A stretch of DNA of 64,000 nucleotides from Magallana gigas (Eukaryota): positions 3,596,001 through 3,660,000 of the forward strand of contig NC_088860.1 in the NCBI RefSeq assembly GCF_963853765.1, written 5' to 3'. Shown piece by piece: positions 26,156 to 38,500 of the stretch; position 1 is the stretch's first letter, and each line of letters opens with the position of its first letter. Below the pieces are notes generated by a model that did no database searches, was not told the origin of the DNA, and saw nothing but the letters and a program-made list of their open reading frames with translations. Both the position numbers and the translations under genes were made by a program.

Positions 26156-29100
26156 TCACACGCGGTCACCAGGGGGCCCAGGGATATTAATACACATGTT
26201 CCTGGGTTGGAGGGCTCCTCCAGAGTCAAAGTTTACTTCAAGTTGAAATGTCTAATATGAAACAAAAAAAAGTGCAAGACTATATGAATCTAAAGTAAAG
26301 ATTGTCTGATAATTAAGATTCCTTTAATGAATTGTAACCTGATTACCAAAATAAATTTAAATGTTGAATGGTCACTATATCTACATCTTTTCATTGCACA
26401 GAAGAAGTAAATTTAATTAAGAATGAAAAAATCAGATTGCTGTTCTGAGAAAACTCATGGCAGTTCATGTTAGTGTTATTTTACATGTAACAACTGCACA
26501 CAGTCAAAATATAAACCTTTTCCTTGTGGTAAACAACTCTAGCTAAGTGAGTGTCAAATCTGGTTCTAATGCATTTATTTAGTTAATTTTACATCATATA
26601 ACCCTATTTTACTTCAGTGAAAATTTAATTTCTTGGATCTACAGTGTTACTGAACTAAGTAAATGAATTGTTTCTCCAAGATATCACACACCAAGATACA
26701 TTTTCAAACAACCCTGTTCTTATAAAATATATACAGACCAAGGTAATAGTACAGTTGCTGTTTTGCTATTGTTTGCATTGTAAGTAAATAGGTGTGAATT
26801 AAAATACTGAAGGATACATTAAGTCATTGATAAAAAGTTTGGTGTCAGGGTTTTTTTTTATCTAGTTTGATCCAAACATAATCAGAGAAATTACAGAAAT
26901 AAATCACATGGGAAATAAAAGCTTCTGCCATATAGATTTGATGATCACAACTTTCATTGTGGGCTAAAAGCCCAGAAACTTTTTTATAGTGTATGTTGTT
27001 TAGATGCACTGGCAGGTTTACTTGCTCTCTTTCTATATAGAATAAAAACAGTGTTTTAATTTCTATGCGAATGCATCAGTAGAAATCAATTTCTAGGAAT
27101 GAATTCAATAGCTATCCATCTAGAGTAATAAAAAACCAGATGGTTTCCATATACTATATGGATTCCTTAATTGCAGTGACAACCTATTTGAGATGTCTGT
27201 CATTAAATGACTTTTACTCCAATGGTGCATGGTGGAAGTGTATTGTAATTAAATGGCAGTGCATGGAGATAGTTTCTAAAAACCATTTATTGTCCTGAGG
27301 ACCTCAATTGAAACAGGACAGAAAATTGTCTACACAAGAGATCCCTTATTGCTCATAACCATATCATCAAAGAGAGTTCTTCATGACGTGTTAACCTTCC
27401 CCATCTCAGTAACAGTAAATATTTTCCCTATGATGAAAAACTTAATCATAGATATATCAGCCGATTCCTAAATGTCACGATGCCTTGCTGGCAGTACTTG
27501 TAATATTCATATACAGGATGCATCAAAAGCCACTTCTTTCTGGAAATGTTTTTGTTTGTGCATTTCTGCATTAGCTCTATATATTATATTACTTCATATA
27601 ATTAACAACAATTTTATTGACATAGCTTTTATAATGAGCAAAATGATTTGTGTATTAACCTGTAGTAGAAATATGTGTAAAGTGTTTGAGTGATATCAGA
27701 GAGGAGAAATGTTAACAGCCAACTGATTTAATGTGACACAAGGTGTTGTGTGAACAGGGCTGTGTTCTATATGCTTACTTCAGTGTGTTATTTTTGTTGT
27801 CTACTGTTTAATGCCCTGGCTGTATAATGTTGTCCTTATTGTGTGATCCTTTTTACCTTGTGTTAGTAGTGGTCACCAGTGTATATAGAGCAGCTTATAG
27901 GCATCACACCAGTAATCGACCAATCAAAATGAACTTATCACACCGGTAATCGACCAATCAAAGTTACCGGTAATCGACCAATCAAAATGAACTTAGAAAA
28001 TTTGTTTTACCACTGAGTAGGATATTTCATGTATTTTGTTAGGTGGTGATCTTTTTCCACAGGGACTACTTCTTTCAGGGCACATGCAGCAGCTTCCTGG
28101 GGAGTGGGCAGTCTGTTTACATACAAATGGAAAACACGTGGTTTTGAGGGTAGACCTGATTGGAGTTAGATATTTTGAGAAAATGCCGTATCGCTTGCCC
28201 TTTTTATGGTGTTAGCTGATGAGATAGGTCACAAATAACATTTCCTCCGAATATTTTGTCATGAGAAATACAAACTGATTTTTAAGAATTTTTTTCCCTT
28301 CTATAGTGCTATATAGTGAAAACAATTACCGGTGTGATACCTTGATATATTTGTTGGAGCAAAGTTGTATTAAAATTGTTGTCTGCAAGAAATTATGTTG
28401 TTTAAAATGAGTTGTATTTGCCATTTGTGATTTTTCATGTTGTAATAGCGATCAATTCATTATGATGAATTGGTAAATACTAGATAAAGAATTGCATTTG
28501 CCATTTTGTGGTGGTGTAGAGTTGTTTGTACAGTTTTACTGTGTATGCCACAGGTATAAGGTATTTTTATGTACAAGTTTTATTTGTTGTGTTCAAGGAG
28601 TTTACTTGTAATTGTTTGAATAGATTTTAATTTTTTGCTTGCAGTGAGCTTGATTTTTTCCCTAAACCTAGGTGTATTTTTGCTTGTTATGTTTTTGTAT
28701 AGAGTTGTATTATACTTTTTGGGGTTGTTAAGTGCAAGGAAACATTGAGTTATTATTTCTTGCATTTGTGCAAAGCTTAGATGCTATCATGGTAGAAAAA
28801 AGATTGCTCAGTATTGTCTGTATCATCAATTTTTGTTTGTCAGCAGTTTTTACGTTAAGTCTTAGACTACTGGTTTTTCTTTTTGTTTCTTACTACATTG
28901 TATTTAAGGATAATTTTGATAGATCAAATTAAACTATTTGAGTAATAACCATAACAACAATGAATGGATTCTTGGATCAGAAAAGGTTAAGTGTGTAATG
29001 TGAGTGTCTGAACTAAATACCTTTTGTTAGACTCTTTCTTGGAACTGAAAATAAGTTAAATAAATCAAATATTACAAGCAAGCATTAAAGTGTTACAATG

Positions 29101-32100
29101 CATTATCAATTCCCTACAACTAATAACATAACAGGTTAATGATGGAATTAATACACAAGTATATGACAGCTAACACATGTTTTTATAAGATAATTAATCT
29201 ATGTACAAGATTACAAGAATGTGACAACATGCTAGATATGATAGAGTGAGAAAGGCATACAAGAATGTGCATAACAATCACTGAAACAAAGAAATGCAGG
29301 CAAAGGAGGACTTTTTTCTCAATACAATATATGTGTACCTAATCAGCTAAATAAAAAGCAGCCAACTTTACCTCAAATGAAGAAGGATCATCTATGCCCC
29401 ATTACTTGACCTGCGATTTGAACTTTGACCTAAATCAGGATTTTTGTTATTTTTTCTATTCTTACACCACTAGTTCCACAACAAACTACCAGCCTGAGGG
29501 TACTTTCTAATGAGAACCAACTTATCTCCTCCCTAAAGACCTACAAGTTTTGCTTAGATGCCTCAGTAAAGTCAAATCAAACATTCAATCAAAATTCTGG
29601 GAGACTTGATAAAATTTCAATTCTACAAAAAAAATTAATAAAATTGAATGACAAGAAAACTGCAAACTCAGGAGAAGGGAACAACTTGTACTTTATTGAT
29701 TGCTTTCATGGAAATAACTATATAAAATGATATGAGTCAAATTTGGCCTCTATAAATCACAATTTTTTAAAGTACATTAAATTGTTATATCATTTTTTAG
29801 AATAGTTGATATAATATGTTTTACACCTATTTGTTTGCACTCACTGGCAGTATATGATGTCAGAAGTGACATTATTTTTGTAATTTAGTCAATATCAGTC
29901 AAAAATAGACAATTTTTTTTACTTTTTGAATGGGAAAAATAGAGCGACACTTTGAACAAGAAAAACTTTTTGTCACTTTTAAGTCTTTGATGGATAATGT
30001 GGAATCATTTATATTTGTGGGGGCCAATTTTCATGGATTGTGGGTTTTTCGCTTGTATGTGAGAATGTAATTTTGTGGATGTCTGTTTTCAGTAGCAGTA
30101 CGAAACCGAACTCAAAGTTTGTTTTTTGTCGAGGATGTAAATTCGTGGGGGAGGGCTACCCATGAATTCCACAAAAATTATGCCAACATGAATTCTAATG
30201 ATTCCACAGTTCATCTTTGATTAAAATATTTTGTTTGTTCAAGGAATGGCTCAATGTTTTCTGAAAGAAAATCCATTTCAAAACAAGCAGTTTTATGCAA
30301 AAAAAAAGAAAGAACGCCGAGAAAAGATTAACTTTTTGATGTCATATTTCAAAATTAGGCCATTTGAATCAAAACGATAATTATAAAAGAACTTTACAAA
30401 GGAAACAAAGAGTTACAGTAAATTGATGATGTTCATTTTAGAGGGCCAAATTAGGTCCGTATCACATATAGTCCTTTGTTTATTAAGATAAATAAAATCC
30501 AAATAATTTTAATTCAAATTCAAAGTTAGAGACATCATTGGACACCAGCCCACAGCAATTGTTCCTTAACCCAAAGCTAGGTCAATTTTAAATCTGAGCA
30601 AGTTCCCTTTCAAAGCCAGGTAGATAAAACTCAACTGGGCCCCTTTCAAATCCAGGTAAATAATGAATTGATTATAAAACAGGACCCCATTCATATCCAG
30701 TTACATGAAAAAGAGCAAGGACCCTCAAAAATCAGGTTTGACAATACGAATCATTTGTTCACAGACACAACAAGCAACATAACCAGGCAACAACCCATTT
30801 CAAGCATTAACATGATTCCTGATCACACCACAGGACAAGCTTGGGAGGTTACTTTGGTTCTGTCAACCTGGCTATAAGCTAGTAATCTTTTGTTAGTGCG
30901 TCTGAAACTACCTTATCTTGAATTGATGCACACAATTCCTTCAGAGATTCTTACTTGCAATGCATTTTTGTAGTTTTTCAGAGAAGATATTGAAGCGGGT
31001 CAAGGTCATGGGGTTAAAGGTCGGTCATCACTTGAGGGCGAGGATTTATTATTGTGAAGGTCTATTGGAGAAATATCCACCTCCAAAAAAAGAAAGAATG
31101 TGAGTACATTATCATATCAACTGAAATCCAATAAAAGAATACCAGAACTTTCCTTTTGATTCTCATCTGTTTCTGGTTTCCAAGGGTGCCAAAGCTGCTA
31201 ACACTGATGTTTTTGTATCTAGACACCAAGTTTTTCAAAAAAGATACTAAGATCAATCCTAAATACGGTATATGTATTACTACAGCTGTAGTGTGCCGGA
31301 CAGGTTTTTAGGGGTTTTTGAAAAATGTTTGAAGAAGCTTTGAAAAATAATTGGAATACAATAAAACTCTTCCAAATAAAAATTGCTTATAACCTTATTA
31401 TAGTATCTTTGCAATTTATGTTAATACATTTTCTTAATTGTAGTAAAATGGTCTTTAATCTAAATAAATGGTAGCTATAGAAGGATTATCCAAGATCTGT
31501 GTTTTCAGCACTGCGCCAAAAAAACTCAGATAAATTCAACACTGTAATCATTGTATTATTCTTTTAAATAAAGTATCATTCATTTTATACAGATTGTGTA
31601 GTGCTTCATCCCCACTTCTTCACAATTTAATCCAGTGAAACAAATATTGTCACAAATGTTTCAACAATTATGGCATTTATCATGGTATGTTGTAAGATCA
31701 GAGGTCACAGCCTTACAATGCTTGGAAACCAGAGACAGGGTGCAGCATTCAACACCTCCAGCTGATCTGGCATGCTTTTAAATGCAGCATTGGTGAGGCA
31801 TGAACAGCATTAGTTGCAAAGAGGTGTGCACAAGCATGCTTCCTTGCTAAGCTTTAAAATAAGTCCCCAACAATAAACTGTCAGACTGAAAAATTCTAAT
31901 TAATACAAAAAATTAAATTAAAAATCATGATACTGAATTCCATGCAGTCTGTTTTGTGCTCAAACTTAAAGACAAGAACTGGACATACACGGGGATGTTC
32001 AATCTCTAGTTCATTTAATCAGCTGGTTGTGTTTGTGGGGTTATCTACAAAATTGGTAGTACACGACAACAACATTTAATATTGTTAAGATATAAAACAC

Positions 32101-35100
32101 CTTCCATTATTTGTGATCATATAATTATTGCGATCGATTTACATAGAGTTTTCTGATGGGGTGGGCAATAAACTGTCATTTTCTTAATACATGTATTTCG
32201 TGAGCATTCAAATTTGATAATAATTTGTGGATCTCATAAATTTCAAAGTTTCAAGATTGTTGATTTGTGGCAAATTGTCCTTTAAGCAAAAGCTTTTTCA
32301 ATTTTAAAATCTGTTAACTTCAATAGTGAAAACCTTGAAAATTTATGTCCTCTAAAAATTGATAAAAGCTTAGTAACACACAATCAGTTCATATGCAACA
32401 TGTGTAATAGGCTGAATATTAAGTTATTTAACATCTATTTTTTGTTGTTGTTGAAAAGTTATAGTCCAATTCAAATGTGGGACATGCAACAGACAGATTG
32501 ACAGACAATCAAGTATATTAATTTTTAAATGTCACATCCCCCCCCCCTTCCAAAAAAAAAAGAATTAAACATCAAACATCAAACACAAATGATGGAAGAT
32601 TCTTTTCATCACATGTTTTTCCTCTTTCTTAAGAAATCAATTTATGCAGGGGCTACACAAAATATCACTTTTTTAATAATATGTTGTACCCACTGGTATA
32701 TCAAACATGTGATAAAAAACAACATGCATTTGAAACATAGTAACAACAATAATTTAACAAGTAACATACAATGTCTAATAAAGCATACAATGCTACTGGA
32801 AAAGTAGGTCTAAACCAGGTAATCAAATCATAAAAGCTGACAAAAAAAGGATAAACATGCTTAAAGAAAACACAGTTCCACTTATTTACATATTTGAAAT
32901 GTCTAGAGATATTTGATTTCAGATTCGAAGCAAAACAATTTGATTTCACCTGATTGATTTAACAAAGCTTTAAGTTTTAAATCTACTGCTTTCTCTACTT
33001 AAGTTTGTTAAAATACATTGTACAAATGTTTATGCAGTAATTACCAATTGAATTGTTTATCTATTTGTTAGAATTGGATGAGTCATGTTTTCTAAATTTT
33101 CATTTAACTGTTAATACAGTTAATTTATTGGTTCATTTGGTTGACCTACTTTAATCTGATTGGGTGATTTGAATGTGAGGCTTTACCTGATTGGTTGGAT
33201 TGTGAATCTCGACTTGCTGAAAGCCTGGTTGTGGGGTGGAGGCAGCACTGGTATTGTTACTGGTCCCCTCCCCAATGGACAGCTCTCTATGGTCAATAAT
33301 CATGTCTGTGTCGGAGTCCTCCTCAATGTGGGACCTACCCTGTGTACCAACACATCATCACTTAATTTAGTGCATTTCTATTAAACTTTCCCAAGTATAT
33401 TGCATTAATTTTATGTAGTAAATGAACAATGGGAATTACATAGGAATAGAATTGAATGCAACAGAGAATAAAAAATTAAGATAGCAAATAGGAATACTGT
33501 TATGATAAAAATGGTGATGCCTCAGACCTTTGGTCGGTAACCACTTTTTGTTTTAGATATTTTCTCTGCTAAAGAGGATACAGAAAGTGAACTGTTATCT
33601 TGTAATTTTATCAAAGTGCATTGCCACATGGCTCTATATAAACAAAGTATATGGCAATTTAATAAACTCTGAAATCAAACTATGTGTATTAAAATAAAAA
33701 CCGTTGTAACTTCTTGCCAATTTTTTAAGAATGAATGAAAAATCTTTTTACCAAAGATTCAATGATAACACTCCAAAGAGACGCACAATAAATAAAGATA
33801 ATTATAATGATATCTCGAGTATCTTAGGAATCTTTTTATCAAGGTGGAATAGATAAAAGTTGATCCCACTTCCCCAGCTTGTGAGGACCTCTATGAGTAG
33901 ACTGTAGACCGAGTAAAGTACCTCCAGGAGCTGTTCCTCAGTGGTCAGTAACCTGGTGATGGGTAGACAGCACGCTGGCAGGGTCTCCATCAGTGTGGGA
34001 CGACTGTGGGTCAATAACGGCTTCAGTATCCTGAAATCAAGAAATAACACATCTACTGTTCACCTATTCATAGTATTTACCTGCCTACTATAAAGTATTT
34101 ACATAACATGAAAACTGTCCTCTATAAAATGGTTAACTTTCATCAAACATGCCGTCAATAAAGTTTTAACTTGACAAAGACCTTGTGTTTTACAAAGTGA
34201 TTAATTTGACATCAAACTTGCTTCCTATAAAGTGATTAACTTGACATCAAACCTGCTTCCTATAAAGTGATTAACCTGACATCAAACTTGCCTTTATAAA
34301 GTGATTAACCTGACATCAAACTTGCCTTTATAAAGTGATTAACCTAACATCAAACTTGTCTTTATAAAGTGATTAACTTGACATCAAACTTGCCTTTATA
34401 AAGTGATTAACCTGACATCAAACTTGCCTTTATAAAGTGATTAACCTGACATCAAACTTGCCTTCTATATAATGTCAACTTGACATCAGAACTGACTTTT
34501 ATAAATGTTTACCTGTCATCAAAGTTGACTTTTATAAACATTTACCCGACATCAAAGTTGACTTTTATAAACATTTACCTGACATCAAAGTTGACTTTTA
34601 TAAATATTTACCTGACATCAAAGTTGTGCCACTTGCCCACCAGGTAGGCTTTGTCTCTCTTTCTCTGTTCCGATTCCTGACCACTTCCCTATTCAAGATT
34701 GAAATTGACCCATATAAACACATTTCTTGTATTTTTTTGTTTGTTTATATAGTACATTTTTCACCAACAAGACTGGTGCAAAGACATTTCAAATATTCAT
34801 CAGTCTACTGTTACGTGGTTTTTAGGATTTGAATGAAAGCTTGTAAGATATATTTTGATAATGTACTGGTATATCTGAACGGTAAATAGCTATTGCACAA
34901 CTTAACAGATTAAACACTTGTAGGGATCAAATATGGCTACACCATGGCTGGATATTACTAAACCATAAACATATCATAAAAATGGATATTTTTCATAGAC
35001 GGGTCATTATTTTTAATTTCTCCTCAATTTTTTTTATATCATCTTAGTTCTACATTAATAACTTTTACTTTTTACATGAAAATATCTCTTGAAATCAAAA

Positions 35101-35531
35101 TTGAAACAATGAAAATGTACAGATTGACAAACAGAAAAAAATTAGAAAACACCCTAGTACAACAGTCAAAGAATTGAACAAACAAATGAAACTTAATAGC
35201 AAACTTAACACTCATTTCAATATATAGATATGTCTCGAAATACCAGTACCTCAAAACCTAAATGACATCATCATTATATTTACTAATACAGCTTTCAGTT
35301 GCTTTTTTTATAGAATAATAAGAGTAGATTGACTAAATTTTAGTTTTTAGTGTCAAAGAGATTAACAGATATTCACTACTTTCATACACAATCATCTGTA
35401 AAAGTACCAGAAGCATTGAATACACACCACAACCAGAAGCTTTATCTATTCAGGGTGTGACAGGGGTGACCGAGTCTCACATTAATATACGTAACCGACA
35501 ATTGACTCTGTTAGTATTAGGTTGGATGTAT

Positions 35532-35585
<54 letters not shown>

Positions 35586-38500
35586 GGGGAAGGGGGTGTT
35601 AGGGTTAGATATCGTTAGTTGTTGGTGGTTAGTAGAAAACTATTCAGTTAAAATGGAATATTGATGCAGTGAAAACATCTCAGAAAAAAATTCTTTATAA
35701 TCATCATCAGAAAACAGTGTAGAAAATTCCTGCAAATATTTGTGTTGTTGTAATTCTGGCTTGGGTTATCAAATTACTGCAAAAAAATGGTGAAATAAGG
35801 TGGGGGAGGGAAAGTGTGCTGATACTGGGGTGTCAACAATATTCATGGACATTGAATTTCATAATTTCATTTTATATGTTGATGTTCTGTTGATTTCAAA
35901 TTCATAAATTAAATCAACAACAAAATCCACGAAAATCAGTGTTTACTGAATACTGATGAAACCACAGTAGTTAGTATGATAAATGTACTTACAGGTATAG
36001 AGGAATAAAAACCAGCATGCCTATAGTGTAGCTAAAAATTAGTCAAATTAGTCTGTGATCTGAGTAATAGTGTGACAATACTTTGTAAAGAAAAGGAGAA
36101 GCAAACCAAAGATATTCTACCGCTGATTAAAGTAAAAAGTTTCATATTAAAATATAAAAAAATTAACAAAATATCATTGTTCGTAACCATTAATCTGGTC
36201 AGTGTTTATATCTACTGGATAAATTTTGATGACCTTGTGAAATCAAGACAAAAAACTTAAAGACAAGATCATCAAGATCAAATCAAAAATCTTCACCATT
36301 CCATAGTAAGACTTCCTGTGGCATAATTGTTTAGTTTTTTGTTTGCATTTTCCTCAAATTAAGATAATGTATTATTCACAGGAACATAAAATTCACTCAA
36401 ATGTAGATTTGTTTTCTGAGATTTTGCTATGAGAGAGATAACCAGGAGTTATCTAAGCATGGAGCATAAGGCCAGCTTTCTGGCATCATTTATTGTTCAG
36501 ATATAGACTAAACACTGTACATATTGTCCAAAAGTTTTGTTATAGTTTCTATTTTGTCTCCCTTGTTTTATTTTTTGGCAACTCTTTCCTAACATAATGA
36601 ATAATCAAAATGACACAAATATGCATGTCTGTTAAATCAAGTCAGAATAAGCTATTAGGCAAGATTTTTAGTGATGAAAAAATAAAATTGATGAAATTAG
36701 ACAATAAAACTCCAATGACAAACAAAAGAAAACTACACAGTACAGAACATTGCCCACTGATTATCAATCAACCTGGGTTAAGGTCAGACAGTTGGATAAA
36801 TTATAGTTCATGAACTTGACCTTAATCAGCTGACCTTGATTGACATCTGACCATACAAAAAAATTGTTTAAAATTAAGAGAAAATTGTGTGGTTTTTTTT
36901 CAATATGCCTCTTAACTAGATAATGACACTTGGTATGATAGAAAACTGGATCAGATATTTAAATAAAACTGAAAACTGGTATCTATAAATAAAAGCAAAA
37001 TTAGATAAAGGATTAACTGCCAAAAAAAAAAAAAGAGACAAGATGTTACTGACAGTGGGTTAGGGGAGGCTACATACATCAAAACTGAGACCAGTGCTGA
37101 GAGACAGAGATGTCACCCACAAGTCGTCCAGTCAGTTGACCAGACCCACAAAAGAAAACCCCCAGGGTCAGTGTGTACAGAGTCTAGTTGGATTCAAAGA
37201 ATACCTTTAACAAAGGTACAACTTGATGTGAAGTGCTCTCTTCTTGCTAGAAAAACAAAACAGTAAGTGATGACAAGAGCTGGAGGGTTTGTTACATGCA
37301 TGAACAGAGCAAGTTCAATCAAATCTAGGCGAGCTTGTCAACTGTCTTTTCAAATATGTGTGTTTGTTAAATAATGATCTGAATAACTATAAAAATAATA
37401 TATAATTGGCATTACAGTAGAGTCTGTTAGTGCTTTATAGAACCCAATCTACAGGCAGCAGACATCCAGAGCACACCAGGAGATATTTATTCACTGGTTG
37501 CTTAGCATCAACTATCAAATGGTTACCAAGGAGATCATCAAAGAATAATAGAATAATTAATCAGAAGGAAATCTTTATAAATTCATTCACTTTAAGTTTG
37601 GATTATATTCAAAACAAGCTAAAGTGTAATATTTTAAATGTTACTCATTTGACAGAACAATCAATAGACTCTGTTGTTTACAAAAGGTTTAAATTTGATT
37701 CACTGGTGATCGACTAAAAACTCCAGTCAAAAACTAAGAGTTTGAAAGAAGAACAAAAAATCCCGCCATGGAATGGCTGATAACAGCTAAAAACTTAATG
37801 TATGTATTATTTAATAGATATAAACACATGACCAGATAATATAGGGGAATCTCTTCTACTTAACAAGCACATCCTCAACCAGGAAGCTAAGTCATGCTGA
37901 ATAATTCTAGGTCATACAGCTATAAATATCATGCTTCTTAAACATATAGGTCATAATGTACATGTACATGCTAAATATCAATCATGGATTTGGTTTCAAA
38001 AATGAATATGTCTCATGGGTTTAATATCAACCATCATATTAAAAATTTGGAGATTGCTTTAGAATGAAATATTCTTCAGTTTTAGATCATATTGGATCAA
38101 TGAGATTTATCTATCTGAAAACAAATCCACCTTTCTTCATCAAACAGAAACAAAAGAGGATAAAAACAAGTATCAGAGAGCAGAGTGACACAAGACGTCG
38201 ATAAGGCGAGCGAACAAACCATCTGTGGCTGAGCGTCGTCGCGCATGTTCTCCATCGTGCTGTACTGTCGCTGCCATTTTCCTTTCTACATCCCAGCAAA
38301 AAATAACGCACATCAGTCCATATGCATTACTTACATATTTAATGCATAGAAGTCTGAGAGAGATTAACCAAGGGTTTACCCCACAGAGTACAAGATTTAT
38401 ATACATATGACTAATGGCTTACCAAGGAAATATATGAACTAGATATTTACTGATTGTAAAAGAGGTATTGTAGAGAACTGAAAATAAGAGCAATAGATGA

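Noticed and set aside
27120-28260. GC-richer patches that might be exons of a nested gene in the last SLC9A intron
   Set aside because: Stops in all plausible frames, and no consistent splice-phase chain or known motif.
35575-35625. Telomere-like GTTAGGGTTAG next to poly-G
   Set aside because: Fewer than two full TTAGGG units; consistent with chance in a G/T-rich microsatellite flank.
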